A stretch of 64,000 nucleotides of DNA from Candidatus Omnitrophota bacterium (GCA_043826355.1 JBDRQI010000005.1:84879-148878), one strand, 5' to 3'. Positions 1-9,640 are shown, counted from the stretch's first letter. Notes: generated by a model not told the origin, from the sequence alone. Numbers and translations: made by a program.

Positions 1-253
1 GCCGGTAGCTTAAATCCAGGAACTTGTCGGATGGACGACGTTTCAGGATGTCAAGAATCTGGCTGGCTAAAACCGGCGTGACATTGAACGTTGCCTTTAT
101 CTCCGGAAAACGGTTTAAGGTAAGAGCGAAACCGTAATAGTCCTTGATGGCGTGCAGCCGCACCCAGGGCATCCGGTAAACACCGGCAGCATAATCCAGA
201 TAACAGGGTTGGTGGAAGTGCCACACGAAAACAACCGGCAGAGGTTTAGACAT
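1..253 (-). CDS. Glycoside hydrolase family 57 (amylopullulanase-like), N-terminal part; runs off the window
   Basis: Manual translation from ATG at 253: MSKPLPVVFVWHFHQPCYLDY...MPWVRLHAIKDYY...KATFNVTPVL, the GH57 HxHQP and PWVRLH motifs; directly downstream of glgA. Confidence 0.85.
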   Translation of the reverse strand, partial: MSKPLPVVFVWHFHQPCYLDYAAGVYRMPWVRLHAIKDYYGFALTLNRFPEIKATFNVTPVLASQILDILKRRPSDKFLDLSYR

Positions 254-265
254 TGTAGTATCCCC

Positions 266-1765
266 TTACCTTGCATCCTCTCCCCGATGGGAAAAGGTAG
301 GGTGAGGGGAAATCATGGAACGGTATAACGCCAGATATTTTTGGGCGGAACTTGACCAGGAAAAATCAGAAGCAAAAGCGCTGGAAACCAATTTTGTCCA
401 ATCCTTTTTATTGCGGTAAACAACGGCAGCCTTTTGAAGAATGTCAAGCAGGTTCGCGGCTTTAGGCGGAACAAAACTGAATCCGTTTCCACTGGTACCG
501 TCAAAATTAACAACCGAATCGGCCAATCCGCCGGTCTTGCGCACAACCGGAACGGTGCCGTAGCGGAGGGCTATCATCTGGCCCAGGCCGCAGGGTTCAA
601 AGAGGGAAGGCATCAGGAAAAAGTCGACGCCGCCGTAAATCAGGTGGGCCAACTCTTCGTTATAACCGGTCCTGAACCCAAAAACACCTTCGTATTTTTG
701 GGCGGCTGATTCAAAAAATTTTTCATAATCCGGACTCCCGCTGCCCAGGATAACCAGTTTAAATCCCTGTTTCAAAATTTGCGGCAATGCCTCCATTATC
801 ATATCAAAACCTTTGGGCGGCACCAGGCGGCTCACCACGCCCAAAAGCGGATTATCCGATTGTTTCAAAGAAAATCGGCGGAACAATTCCGCCTTGTTTT
901 CGGATTTCCCGAATAACCTCTCTTTTCCATAATTATATTTAAGCAACGGGTCGGTTTCCGGATTCCAATACCGGTAATCAATTCCGTTCAAGATGCCGAT
1001 AAGGTCCTTTGCCCGTTTGTTTAAAACTCCTTCCAGTTTCTGCCCGAACTCTTCGGTTTTAATCTCCTCGCTGTACGTGGGGCTGACCGTGGTAATCCGG
1101 TCCGCCCAGAGAAGTCCGGCTTTAAGCAGGTTGATTTTACCGTAGAATTCCAGTCCTTCCGGGTTAAAAAGCCGGTCCGGGAGAGAGAGTATCGACCATT
1201 CATCTTTCGGGAAGATACCCTGGTAACCCAGATTGTGAATAGTCATAATGCTTTTCATCTTCCGGTAAAACGGGTCCGCCAAAAACAGCTCCTTCAAATA
1301 CACCGGCACCAGGCCGGTGTGCCAATCGTGGCAGTGCACGATATCCGGTTGAAAGTTGAGACCGGCCATAGACCAAATAGCGGCGTAGGAGAAAAAACCG
1401 AACCGCAAAAGATTATCCGGGTAATCTTTGCCGGCCAGTCCGTAAATGGCGTCCCGGCCGAATAGTTCCGGCTGGTCGCAAAAAAGATACTCCACCCTCT
1501 GCTTTTGCAGGGAAAGAATCCGGAAGGCCCGGTCTTTGCCGGCAAAATTGAGCGTCGCTTCCAGGACCACCGAACATTCCTTTTCAAAATTAACGAGCCG
1601 GCGGTAAAAGGGCAGGATAATCTTGACTTCTACATCCAGGCCGGTTTTCGGCGAAGGGGACCCGGCCAGGAATTCCGGCAGGGAACCGATTACATCCGCC
1701 AGTCCGCCGGTCTTGAAGAACGGTACCGATTCTGCCGCCGTAAAAAGTATTTTTGTTTTCATCAT
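266..1765 (-). CDS. glgA: Glycogen synthase
   Basis: KTGGLADV, HCHDWHTGL, TIHNLGYQG, PSLFEPCGLGQM motifs; start taken at MMKTKILF. Confidence 0.95.
   Translation of the reverse strand: MMKTKILFTAAESVPFFKTGGLADVIGSLPEFLAGSPSPKTGLDVEVKIILPFYRRLVNFEKECSVVLEATLNFAGKDRAFRILSLQKQRVEYLFCDQPELFGRDAIYGLAGKDYPDNLLRFGFFSYAAIWSMAGLNFQPDIVHCHDWHTGLVPVYLKELFLADPFYRKMKSIMTIHNLGYQGIFPKDEWSILSLPDRLFNPEGLEFYGKINLLKAGLLWADRITTVSPTYSEEIKTEEFGQKLEGVLNKRAKDLIGILNGIDYRYWNPETDPLLKYNYGKERLFGKSENKAELFRRFSLKQSDNPLLGVVSRLVPPKGFDMIMEALPQILKQGFKLVILGSGSPDYEKFFESAAQKYEGVFGFRTGYNEELAHLIYGGVDFFLMPSLFEPCGLGQMIALRYGTVPVVRKTGGLADSVVNFDGTSGNGFSFVPPKAANLLDILQKAAVVYRNKKDWTKLVSSAFASDFSWSSSAQKYLALYRSMISPHPTFSHRGEDAR
277..310 (-). 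repeat. CCCCTCACCC...CTCCC-N-GGGGAGAGG palindromic element forming the glgA C-terminus
   Basis: Minus strand TCCCCTCACCCTACCTTTTCCCATCGGGGAGAGG encodes SPHPTFSHRGE; related copies at 48361 and 61245. Confidence 0.7.
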
Positions 1766-1818
1766 AATATTTAGTTTATCATATTGATTGTAGATTTGAC
1801 GAGTAATTAACAATAACT

Positions 1819-1851
1819 TTGACAAAAAACCATCGTGCGGTATGGTATAAT
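1819..1851 (+). promoter_or_regulatory. Putative sigma70 promoter for the SOR/rubredoxin/OFOR operon
   Basis: TTGACA at 1819 and extended -10 TGGTATAAT at 1843-1851 (spacing longer than ideal); GGAGG RBS before ATG 1879. Confidence 0.5.
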
Positions 1852-1878
1852 AAATATTTAACAACAGGGAGGCGTGAA

Positions 1879-2277
1879 ATGGTCAAATTGGGTGAACGGA
1901 TACAGGAAGCGGATTGGAAGACGGAGAAACACGTTCCGGCGATTGACGGCCCGGACAAGGTGAAAGCGGGTGAATTCTTTGAAGTGAAAGTGGCCGTGGG
2001 AAAGGAGATTGCGCACCCGAACACCACCGAACATCACATCCGGTGGATTACGCTCTTCTTCCACCCGGAGGGTGAAAAGTTTTCCTTCCAGGTCGGCCAC
2101 TATGAATTCACCGGTCACGGCGAATCAATCCAGGGGCCGAACACGGGCCCGGTTTACACCCACCCCGGAATCACCACTTCGTTGAAAATCGATAAGCCGG
2201 GCGCGCTCTACGCTCTGGCCCTGTGCAACATTCACGGATTGTGGCAATCCGCCAGGGAAATTGCGGTGAACAGTTAA
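1879..2277 (+). CDS. sor: Superoxide reductase (1Fe-SOR, neelaredoxin-type)
   Basis: EKHVP, HPNTTEHHIRWI and CNIHGLW motifs. Confidence 0.92.
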   Translation: MVKLGERIQEADWKTEKHVPAIDGPDKVKAGEFFEVKVAVGKEIAHPNTTEHHIRWITLFFHPEGEKFSFQVGHYEFTGHGESIQGPNTGPVYTHPGITTSLKIDKPGALYALALCNIHGLWQSAREIAVNS

Positions 2278-2321
2278 TCATGAACGGTGAACGGTAACTG
2301 CTGACTACGGTGAGGAGAAAA

Positions 2322-2456
2322 ATGGCTAACGTTAAGAATGCGGGCGAGGTCTATAAATGCGAAGTCTGCGGCAATACCGTCCAGGTGCTGGCGGTGGGCG
2401 GCGGTGAACTGGTCTGCTGCGGACAGCCGATGACGCTGACTGAAGAAAAGAAATAA
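2322..2456 (+). CDS. Desulforedoxin (stand-alone FeCys4 domain, 44 aa; below the ORF-track cutoff)
   Basis: [44 protein letters not shown]; CxxC...CC motif; GAGGAG RBS. Confidence 0.9.
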   Translation: MANVKNAGEVYKCEVCGNTVQVLAVGGGELVCCGQPMTLTEEKK

Positions 2457-2558
2457 AAAAGATGCGCATACTGGCCCTCCGTCGCAATACGGACGCCTCG
2501 CGAACGGGCGGCTTCGCCGCCACTCGACGTCCATGCTATGGCGGGCAAAGGAGACTAA

Positions 2559-2717
2559 ATGGATAAATGGCGCTGTCTGGTCTGCGGATATATTTATGAC
2601 CCGTCACTCGGGGACCCGGAAAACGGAATCAACCCGGGAACCTCTTTCGAACAACTCCCGGAAACCTGGGTCTGTCCGGAGTGCGGCGTGGGAAAGGACC
2701 AGTTTGAAAAGATCTGA
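2559..2717 (+). CDS. rub: Rubredoxin (52 aa; below the ORF-track cutoff)
   Basis: [66 protein letters not shown] coupling to next gene. Confidence 0.95.
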   Translation: MDKWRCLVCGYIYDPSLGDPENGINPGTSFEQLPETWVCPECGVGKDQFEKI

Positions 2718-4453
2718 TGGAACAAAATGAGATTGCTTTCAAGATTGCCGGCGAGGCGGGCCAAGGGCTGAACGTTTCCACCCTGAATCTGGCCAGAACG
2801 TTCACCCGGAAAGGTTTCCACGCTTTTCTGCTGACCGATAACCCCAACTCCATAAAACTGGAGCCCGCCTGGTGTTCCCTGAGGATAAGCACCCACTTGA
2901 TAGCCAGCCAGACCGAACGGGTTGACATTCTGGTGGCCTTAAAACCTGACGCCCTCCTGCATCACCAGGCAGAGATGTCGGACAACGGCTTCATTATCTA
3001 CGACAAAGAGGCTGCAAACCCGGAAGGCGAAAAAGGGAGCGCGAAGATTAAATACCTGCCGGTACCGCTTTCCGGAATAGCCAAAGAGATGAAAGCCCCG
3101 GATTTAATACGCAACACTATCGCCCTGGGCGCTTTTCTGTCTTTGATTGACTGCCGACCGGACGGGATGGAAGAGATTATAACCGAGGGCTTCGCGCGTA
3201 AAGGCGAAGCGGTCATCAAGCAAAATATCTCGGCGCTGAAAGCCGGTTTCAATTTTGTGCAAAGCAATTACGGAAATTTTATCCGGAAACGTTTACCCGA
3301 GGAGAACGGGCCGGCCCGTTTATTTCTAACCGGGAACGAGGCGCTTTCGCTCGGGGCCGTTAAAGCCGGCTGTAAACTGCTGGCCGCCTACCCGATGACA
3401 CCTTCCTCACCCATTCTCCATTACATCGCTTCCAAGGAGCAGGAATATAATATCGTGGTCAAGCATACCGAAGATGAGATTGCCGCCATCAATATGGCCA
3501 TCGGCGCCAATTTTGCCGGAGTGCGAGCGATGACCTGCACTTCAGGCGGCGGTTTCTCCCTGATGGTGGAAGCGTTGGGCATGGCGGCGCAAAGCGAAAC
3601 GCCGGTCGTGGTGGTGGTCGGCCAGCGTCCTGGACCAAGCACCGGCCAGCCGACCCACACCGGCCAGGGAGAATTGCAGTTTTTAATCTCCGCTTCGCAG
3701 GGTGAATTTCCCAGAATCATTATTGCGCCCGGCGACGCGGCCGAGACCTTCCGGGAGACTTTTAACGCCTTCAATCTGGCGGAAAAGTTCCAGGTCCCGG
3801 TTCTCATCCTGACCGACAAATACCTGGCGGAAAGTTACGCCGACTGGCCGGAACTTAAAGATGATGACTTGAAGATTGACCGCGGTAAGTTATTAACCGA
3901 AGCGCAATTATCCGCGGAAAAAGATTACCGGCGCTATCGGATTACGCCCGACGGAATTTCTCCCCGGTCCACCCCTTCCCAAAAGAACGGCATTCACGTC
4001 GCCACCAGTTATGAACACGATGAATCCGGCTGGTACCAGGAAAACCCGGTTGGAGTTAAAACGATGTACGACAAGCGGTTCGCCAAAATGCCCTTTATTC
4101 TGAAGGAGATGAAAGAACCAAAACTTTACGGACCGGATGAGGCGCAAATAACGCTCCTGGCCTGGGGTTCCACCAAAGGCCCGGCTCTGGAAGCCCTGGA
4201 ACGCCTGGCGAACAAAGGCATAACAGCCAACCTGATTCACCTAACCTACCTGTGGCCGCTGCCTGTTGAAACGCTGTCCGGATTGATTGAAAGCGCGCAG
4301 CAAACGCTGATGGTTGAGGGCAACCATAACGGACAATTAGCGCAGGTCATCCGCCAGGAGACCGGTTTAAAAATTAACCATATTTTGACAAAATATGACG
4401 GACAGCCTTTCTACCCGGCTGACATTTGCGCAAAAGTCAAGGAGATTATTTAA
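2717..4453 (+). CDS. 2-oxoacid:ferredoxin oxidoreductase alpha subunit (gamma-alpha fusion)
   Basis: GEAGQG, YPMTPSS, EDEIAA, TSGGGFSLM, RPGPSTG motifs. Confidence 0.92.
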   Translation: MEQNEIAFKIAGEAGQGLNVSTLNLARTFTRKGFHAFLLTDNPNSIKLEPAWCSLRISTHLIASQTERVDILVALKPDALLHHQAEMSDNGFIIYDKEAANPEGEKGSAKIKYLPVPLSGIAKEMKAPDLIRNTIALGAFLSLIDCRPDGMEEIITEGFARKGEAVIKQNISALKAGFNFVQSNYGNFIRKRLPEENGPARLFLTGNEALSLGAVKAGCKLLAAYPMTPSSPILHYIASKEQEYNIVVKHTEDEIAAINMAIGANFAGVRAMTCTSGGGFSLMVEALGMAAQSETPVVVVVGQRPGPSTGQPTHTGQGELQFLISASQGEFPRIIIAPGDAAETFRETFNAFNLAEKFQVPVLILTDKYLAESYADWPELKDDDLKIDRGKLLTEAQLSAEKDYRRYRITPDGISPRSTPSQKNGIHVATSYEHDESGWYQENPVGVKTMYDKRFAKMPFILKEMKEPKLYGPDEAQITLLAWGSTKGPALEALERLANKGITANLIHLTYLWPLPVETLSGLIESAQQTLMVEGNHNGQLAQVIRQETGLKINHILTKYDGQPFYPADICAKVKEII

Positions 4454-5313
4454 TGGCTACACTGCCGGAATTGAAGACCGGACATAATCCATCCTGGTGC
4501 CTGGGCTGCGGTAATTACGGAATCCTCAACGGACTGAAAGCGGCCATCAGCCAGGCCGGACTTGAGCCGCACCTCACGGTGCTGGTCTCCGGCATCGGCT
4601 GTTCCGGAAAAGACCCTCACTTTGTCAAAACATACGGTTTTGAAGGCATCCACGGCCGGGTCCTGCCGGTGGCCACCGCCGTCCGGCTGGCCAACCACAA
4701 ACTGAAAGTAATCGGTTGCGCCGGAGACGGCGACGCCTACGGAATCGGCGGCAACCATTTTCTGCATACGATGCGCCGCAACGTTGAGATAACCTACCTG
4801 GTCCACGACAACCAGATTTACGGTTTGACCACCGGGCAAACCTCGCCGACCAGCGTCAAGGGATTCGCCACCAAATCCACGCCCTTCGGTGTCATTGAAG
4901 AACCGGCTAATCCCGTCAGTCTGGCGATTGCGGCCGGCGCCACCTTCGTGGCTCGCGCTTTCGTGGGTGAGTTCAATCACTTCAAACAGGTCCTGGTACA
5001 GGCCCTGAAACACAAAGGGTTCGCCCTAATTGACATCCTTCAACCCTGCGTCACCTTCAACTACCTGAATACCTACCAGTGGTTCAGCCAGCGCGTTTAC
5101 AAATTGGAAGACGAGCCCGGCTATGAACCGCGCGACCGAATGTATGCGTTTACCCGGGCGCAGGAATTAGGAGAACGGATTCCAATCGGGGTTTTCTTTC
5201 AGGAGACCAAACCAACCTACGAGGAACAGCTGCCGCAGATAAAAGATAAACCGCTCGCCGAGCAGGACATCTCTTCCGTTGATATTAAAAAGTCGCTCGC
5301 GGAATTTATTTAA
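4453..5313 (+). CDS. 2-oxoacid:ferredoxin oxidoreductase beta subunit
   Basis: WCLGCG, SGIGCS, GDGDAYGIG TPP motif, QPCVTFN; TAATG coupling. Confidence 0.92.
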   Translation: MATLPELKTGHNPSWCLGCGNYGILNGLKAAISQAGLEPHLTVLVSGIGCSGKDPHFVKTYGFEGIHGRVLPVATAVRLANHKLKVIGCAGDGDAYGIGGNHFLHTMRRNVEITYLVHDNQIYGLTTGQTSPTSVKGFATKSTPFGVIEEPANPVSLAIAAGATFVARAFVGEFNHFKQVLVQALKHKGFALIDILQPCVTFNYLNTYQWFSQRVYKLEDEPGYEPRDRMYAFTRAQELGERIPIGVFFQETKPTYEEQLPQIKDKPLAEQDISSVDIKKSLAEFI

Positions 5314-5343
5314 TCCAAAATTTACCGCCGGCGGCGGTCTCCC

Positions 5344-5820
5344 TTATTTTCTCTTGGCCTTCAAGGAACCGATCTTGCCTTGAAGGGTCCCCATCGGACA
5401 AACTACGCACCAGGCCCTTTCCCGGGTAAATATGCCCAGGACGATGGCAACTAAAGTGGATAACAAGCACATCTGAACAAAAACAAATCCGATTTTAGGA
5501 AAAGTTTTTTCCACGGTTGCTAGCCGGAACATAAAAAACCCGATAAAAAACGCAAAAACAACCCACCGGAACCACTTTTTTAAAAACAAGCGGGGAACCT
5601 GTCTCTTTAAACTTGCCTGGCTCAAAACAAGGTCCAGAAAAGAACCGCGCGGGCAAAACCGGCTGCACCAGAGCCGTCCCTTAAAATAGGAAAGGACCAG
5701 AAAAAAGAGCATCATTAAGAAAACCAGGTAACCCATAAGCGGGTAAAACAACCCCCCGAAAATTATCAGGGGCAGAAACCAAACCATGATTTTTTGAACG
5801 CTCTTTTTCCCCGGCGCCAT
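5344..5820 (-). CDS. Membrane 4Fe-4S-binding protein (NapH/MauN/NosR-like CxxxCP domains)
   Basis: Hydrophobic segments with RLWCSRFCPRG and RAWCVVCPMG. Confidence 0.75.
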   Translation of the reverse strand: MAPGKKSVQKIMVWFLPLIIFGGLFYPLMGYLVFLMMLFFLVLSYFKGRLWCSRFCPRGSFLDLVLSQASLKRQVPRLFLKKWFRWVVFAFFIGFFMFRLATVEKTFPKIGFVFVQMCLLSTLVAIVLGIFTRERAWCVVCPMGTLQGKIGSLKAKRK

Positions 5821-5822
5821 AC

Positions 5823-6308
5823 CTACTCTTTTCTTCTGGCCAGCTTCCGATTCATCGCAGCAACCGCATCGGGCCCGGATTTCTGTTTCAACTCCGCTGC
5901 AATCCGGGAAGCGTTCTCTTCCTCTTCAACCTGTTCCCTGACAAACCATTGAAGAAAATCGGAGGCGTCCTTGTCACCGGATTCCTTGGAAATAGCGCAG
6001 AGCCGCTTAATCAAACCGGTTACTTTCTGTTCGTGCCGGTAAACCCGTTCAAACAGGCCCGGAGATGAAGTGAACTTTACCGTCGGCTGGTTAATCGCCT
6101 TTAAAACAACCCTTTCTCCCCGGCTGACCAAAAAATCATATAGCTTCATCCCATGCGCCCACTCTTCCTTAAACTGGATTTTCAACCAGTGCGCAAACCC
6201 CGCAAGCGAAACTGAATCACTGTAAGCGGCCATGGATAAGTAGAGATACGCCGAATAAAATTCTTTGTTAATCTGGTCGTTCAGAGCATCCCGTAATTTT
6301 TTGTTCAC
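5823..6308 (-). CDS. ftnA: Non-heme ferritin
   Basis: LNDQINKEFYSAYLYLSM, EEWAH, FLQWFVREQVEEE. Confidence 0.9.
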   Translation of the reverse strand: MNKKLRDALNDQINKEFYSAYLYLSMAAYSDSVSLAGFAHWLKIQFKEEWAHGMKLYDFLVSRGERVVLKAINQPTVKFTSSPGLFERVYRHEQKVTGLIKRLCAISKESGDKDASDFLQWFVREQVEEEENASRIAAELKQKSGPDAVAAMNRKLARRKE

Positions 6309-6907
6309 AAACCCTCCCCTTTCTGCATCTGGTTTTGTCTGACTAAATAAGCGACCTTGGCACCCAACTCAAAAACTTTTTCCAGGCAATCCGGGCGCTG
6401 CAACACTTTGCCTTTTTCATCAATACCCCGACACAAAATTTCTTCCCGGTAGTTAGCGTCAATAACCGCAAAAAAGTTCTTGATGATAGAACGGGCATTT
6501 ACAAAAAAATCTTCACGGTTTGAGGCCTCCACTGAGATAAATGCGCCTACTTTTTCTTTTTTAACCGTGCTCTTTTTCAAAATAAACTTAGCCCGCCAGA
6601 GGCACTGGAAACGATCAATCATAATCTTCACCTGGGCGGTAATGCTTCCGAAAAATACCGGTGAAGCCATAATGACGGCGTCCGCTTCCAAAATCTTCCG
6701 GTACACCCCCTGCATATCATCCTCAATTATGCAGGAGCCGTCGTCCTTGAGGTTTGCGCATTCCTGGCAGGGAGCAATCTTCAGGGTGTTCAGTATTACT
6801 TTTTCGGTCTCCGCGCCGATACTCCGGGCGCCTTCCAGCGCCTTGTCAAGCAGAATATCCGTATTTCCGCCAATCCTGGGGCTTCCGTTTATCCCGATTA
6901 TTTTCAC
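6305..6907 (-). CDS. Iron-sulfur flavoprotein / flavodoxin-family protein
   Basis: GSPRIGGNT, PCQECANL...CIIEDDM, ASPVFFG. Confidence 0.85.
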   Translation of the reverse strand: MKIIGINGSPRIGGNTDILLDKALEGARSIGAETEKVILNTLKIAPCQECANLKDDGSCIIEDDMQGVYRKILEADAVIMASPVFFGSITAQVKIMIDRFQCLWRAKFILKKSTVKKEKVGAFISVEASNREDFFVNARSIIKNFFAVIDANYREEILCRGIDEKGKVLQRPDCLEKVFELGAKVAYLVRQNQMQKGEGL

Positions 6908-6908
6908 T

Positions 6909-7106
6909 CTATTGTCTTCCTTTTCTCGTAAGATAAATAATTGTTCCGGCGTGCACGGTCGCCAGGATAACGGTCAGCAACGCCGGCAATTTGTGGTGCC
7001 TGAGTTTGAGTTTAAATTTGACCCGGAATAAACCGCTTAAAATGGTTGCCACCAACAGGGTATAAGCCAAGACGCCTAAAGGTACAACGAATAGGTCCAG
7101 GTCCAT
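6909..7106 (-). CDS. Small two-TM membrane protein
   Basis: Two hydrophobic helices with His residues (RHHK, TVHAG); first gene of the flavoprotein/ferritin operon. Confidence 0.65.
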   Translation of the reverse strand: MDLDLFVVPLGVLAYTLLVATILSGLFRVKFKLKLRHHKLPALLTVILATVHAGTIIYLTRKGRQ

Positions 7107-7244
7107 ATTTGGAAAATAAGTATATCACTTTTTCCGGTGCCGGTCAATTTGCCGCTTGATTCTATTTTTTTCTTGCATTACAATAATAAGCGGGTCCGCC
7201 TGCGTCCGCCTCTGGCGGACTATGACGGGCGAAGGAGGTGCGCT

Positions 7245-7502
7245 ATGGAAGAAAAGGAAATTGGGCAGGTTGCGGATTTTTTTACGCACGTCAACGTAAT
7301 CGCGGTAAAGCTTTCCGGAGAACTGTCGGTCGGCGACCGTATCCATATCAAAGGTCATACCACCGACTTCATCCAGGAAGTAGCTTCAATGCAGATTGAG
7401 CACCAGGCCGTGCTTAAAGCGAAGGCCGGCGACGATGTGGGAATTAAAGTCACGGAAAAGGTCCGTCACGGGGACAAGATATTCAAGGTTATCGCCGACT
7501 AA
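7245..7502 (+). CDS. EF-Tu domain-2-like beta-barrel protein
   Basis: IGQVADFF...LSVGDRIHIKGHTTDF...SMQIEH...AKAGDDVGIKV; AAGGAGG RBS. Confidence 0.8.
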   Translation: MEEKEIGQVADFFTHVNVIAVKLSGELSVGDRIHIKGHTTDFIQEVASMQIEHQAVLKAKAGDDVGIKVTEKVRHGDKIFKVIAD

Positions 7503-8433
7503 AATCGAGCCACACGATTCGTTTCTCTTTACGGAACCAGGTCAATTGCCGCTTAGCGTAATTCCTGGTCTTCTGTTTGATAATCTTTTTTGCCTCCGGC
7601 AGGGATATTTTTCCGGAAAGATAGGCTGCCGTCTCCCGATAGCCGATCGCTTCAAAAGCCGGCAGAGTGAAATCATAACGTTTGCGAAGCGCTTCTACTT
7701 CCGCCGGAAATCCGGCCGTAAAAATCTCCTCAACCCGCCGGTCAATCCGGCCATAAAGTTCCTCCCGGTTCCGGTGAACGCCGAGCAGACGGAACGGGTA
7801 GACAAACCGCGTGGTCTGACGTTGCAGTGCCGAAATGGGCTTGCCGGTCGCCAGGTAAATCTCCAGCGCCCGGCCCAGGCGGTAAGTATCGTTAGGGTGA
7901 ATCCGGACGGCTGCCTCCGGATCCACCCGTTTTAATCGAAACAGGAGTTCTGCCGGGCCAACACCGAGGAGCCCCTTTCTTGCTTCCAGGACCGCTGCCT
8001 GGTTTGGAACTTCAAAAAATCCATCCAGAACCGCTCTCAGATAAAGTCCACTTCCGCCCACCAGAATCGGAACCCTCTTGCGGCCGATAATCTCCGGAAC
8101 TAACGAACAAACTTTTTCGGCATACCAGTAAGCGTTCGCATTTTCTTCCGGAGAGAGGCAATCAATAAGGTGGTGGGAAACTTTTTCTCTTTCCGAAACG
8201 GTTGGTTTGGCAGTGCCCAGGTCAAGGCCGCGGTAGAACTGAAAAGCGTCGGCGGAGATTATCTCTCCGCCTATCTTTTCGGCCAGAATCAGGCCCGCTT
8301 CGCTCTTGCCGGAGCCGGTAGGCCCGCAGATAAACAGAACGACTGATGCGGGAAATACAAATCCCTCACTTTTTTTCTGCTTCCAGAAGTTCTTTTCCGT
8401 ATTCAATTCCGGCGATAACCGCAGAATCGTCAC
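7489..8433 (-). CDS. miaA: tRNA dimethylallyltransferase
   Basis: GPTGSGKS, IISADAFQFYRGLDLGTAKP, GGSGLY, AIGY, TRNYAKRQLTWF; start uncertain (overlaps thyA). Confidence 0.93.
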   Translation of the reverse strand: MTILRLSPELNTEKNFWKQKKSEGFVFPASVVLFICGPTGSGKSEAGLILAEKIGGEIISADAFQFYRGLDLGTAKPTVSEREKVSHHLIDCLSPEENANAYWYAEKVCSLVPEIIGRKRVPILVGGSGLYLRAVLDGFFEVPNQAAVLEARKGLLGVGPAELLFRLKRVDPEAAVRIHPNDTYRLGRALEIYLATGKPISALQRQTTRFVYPFRLLGVHRNREELYGRIDRRVEEIFTAGFPAEVEALRKRYDFTLPAFEAIGYRETAAYLSGKISLPEAKKIIKQKTRNYAKRQLTWFRKEKRIVWLDFSRR

Positions 8434-9238
8434 TGCGCAAAGTTCTTCCTTTACCGCTTTCCGGGCTGAAAAAAACCCTTTCCCGGTAAAGCTTCAAAAA
8501 ACGTTTCTTAAAATCTTCAAAACTGGAACCGTAGATATGATAGGAATCGGTAATGTCAACGTAAGACCCGACCGATACCGGCTGTTTCAACCTTTCCTGA
8601 ATTTGAGCCGCCAAGACCTTTTGAAGGTCGGTCAATCCGTAAATATTCATATAGGCGGCCCGGTAAGCGTCCCGGCTGCGCCAATGGGTATGCATCTGAA
8701 GGTTATACCCTTCCCCTTCCGAAAAAAGCCGGCACCAAACCCGCTGCAGACAGGGCGGGTCGTCTGTTTCCGGATCAACCAGGGGCATCCAGGTAATACC
8801 CTGGGCGCGGCGGCTGTAAGGCTGTTCCGAAAGTTTCCGAACGATATAGTCCAACTGGTTGACGCTTTTAAAAGGAAGCTTCTTCGGGTTGCGGCAGGAA
8901 AGGTCATCGGTAACCAGATAATCGGTCAGACGCTGGTGATAGGTGTAAGTCCACTTCCCCTCTTCCGGGGCAATCCAGTGGTCGTGAACACCGTCAACCA
9001 CTTCCTGACGATACTTTTCCAAATCTTCAATCCCGCCGCAGAAACCCAGGTGTATCCTGGGTTCGGCAAACGGTTGGCGAATCACCATTACCATTCCTGC
9101 GTCCTTGGCCGGCGGGTCAGTTGGTTTGTCATATTCGGTCTTAATCTGAGTTCCCTTTTCCCACAACAGAACCAGACTCTTCTCCCAAACTTCTGCGATC
9201 CCGTCGCCTTCCACAAAAAGAACCGGCGCTCCTCCCAT
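8366..9238 (-). CDS. thyA: Thymidylate synthase, divergent archaeal-like ThyA
   Basis: YTYHQRL, SRRAQ, DPPCLQ (catalytic Cys), RSRDA, AYMN, SYHIY. Confidence 0.75.
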   Translation of the reverse strand: MGGAPVLFVEGDGIAEVWEKSLVLLWEKGTQIKTEYDKPTDPPAKDAGMVMVIRQPFAEPRIHLGFCGGIEDLEKYRQEVVDGVHDHWIAPEEGKWTYTYHQRLTDYLVTDDLSCRNPKKLPFKSVNQLDYIVRKLSEQPYSRRAQGITWMPLVDPETDDPPCLQRVWCRLFSEGEGYNLQMHTHWRSRDAYRAAYMNIYGLTDLQKVLAAQIQERLKQPVSVGSYVDITDSYHIYGSSFEDFKKRFLKLYRERVFFSPESGKGRTLRSDDSAVIAGIEYGKELLEAEKK

Positions 9239-9500
9239 CTCATCACCCCGTTAATATGCCCTTACCGATTCAACGGTACGGGTACTCATGTTGCAAATGC
9301 AGTTTGCAACAATCCCGTCCTTTATGATACCACAGAACACTTGCCGCAAGAAAGGCGCTAACATCTAAAATATGGTAAAATATTTGGTCGGTCGCACTGT
9401 TTTGCTGTTCACTTTAAATTTATCAGGGCGCAGCGCAGTCTGCCAGAGGCGAAGCTGAAGGGATATGAGAAGGGGCAAAACCTTTCTTAAATATTGGTTT

Positions 9501-9575
9501 CGGGGCGTAGCTCAGCTTGGCTAGAGCGCTTGGTTTGGGACCAAGAGGTCGCTGGTTCGAATCCAGTCGCCCCGA
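9501..9575 (+). tRNA. tRNA-Pro(TGG)
   Basis: CGGGGCG acceptor stem, CTTGG-TTTGGGA-CCAAG anticodon arm, GGTTCGAATCC T arm; CCA not encoded. Confidence 0.96.
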
Positions 9576-9640
9576 CTCTTCCTAAAGCTTATATATAAGA
9601 ATTAAATCTTTTCCTGCCTGCATCCCCGCCGGTTCGAACC

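Noticed and set aside
8306..9361. 351-aa plus-strand ORF
   Set aside because: Antisense shadow of thyA with no motifs
9251..9364. 37-codon minus-strand ORF upstream of thyA
   Set aside because: No RBS or motif; overlaps the likely promoter
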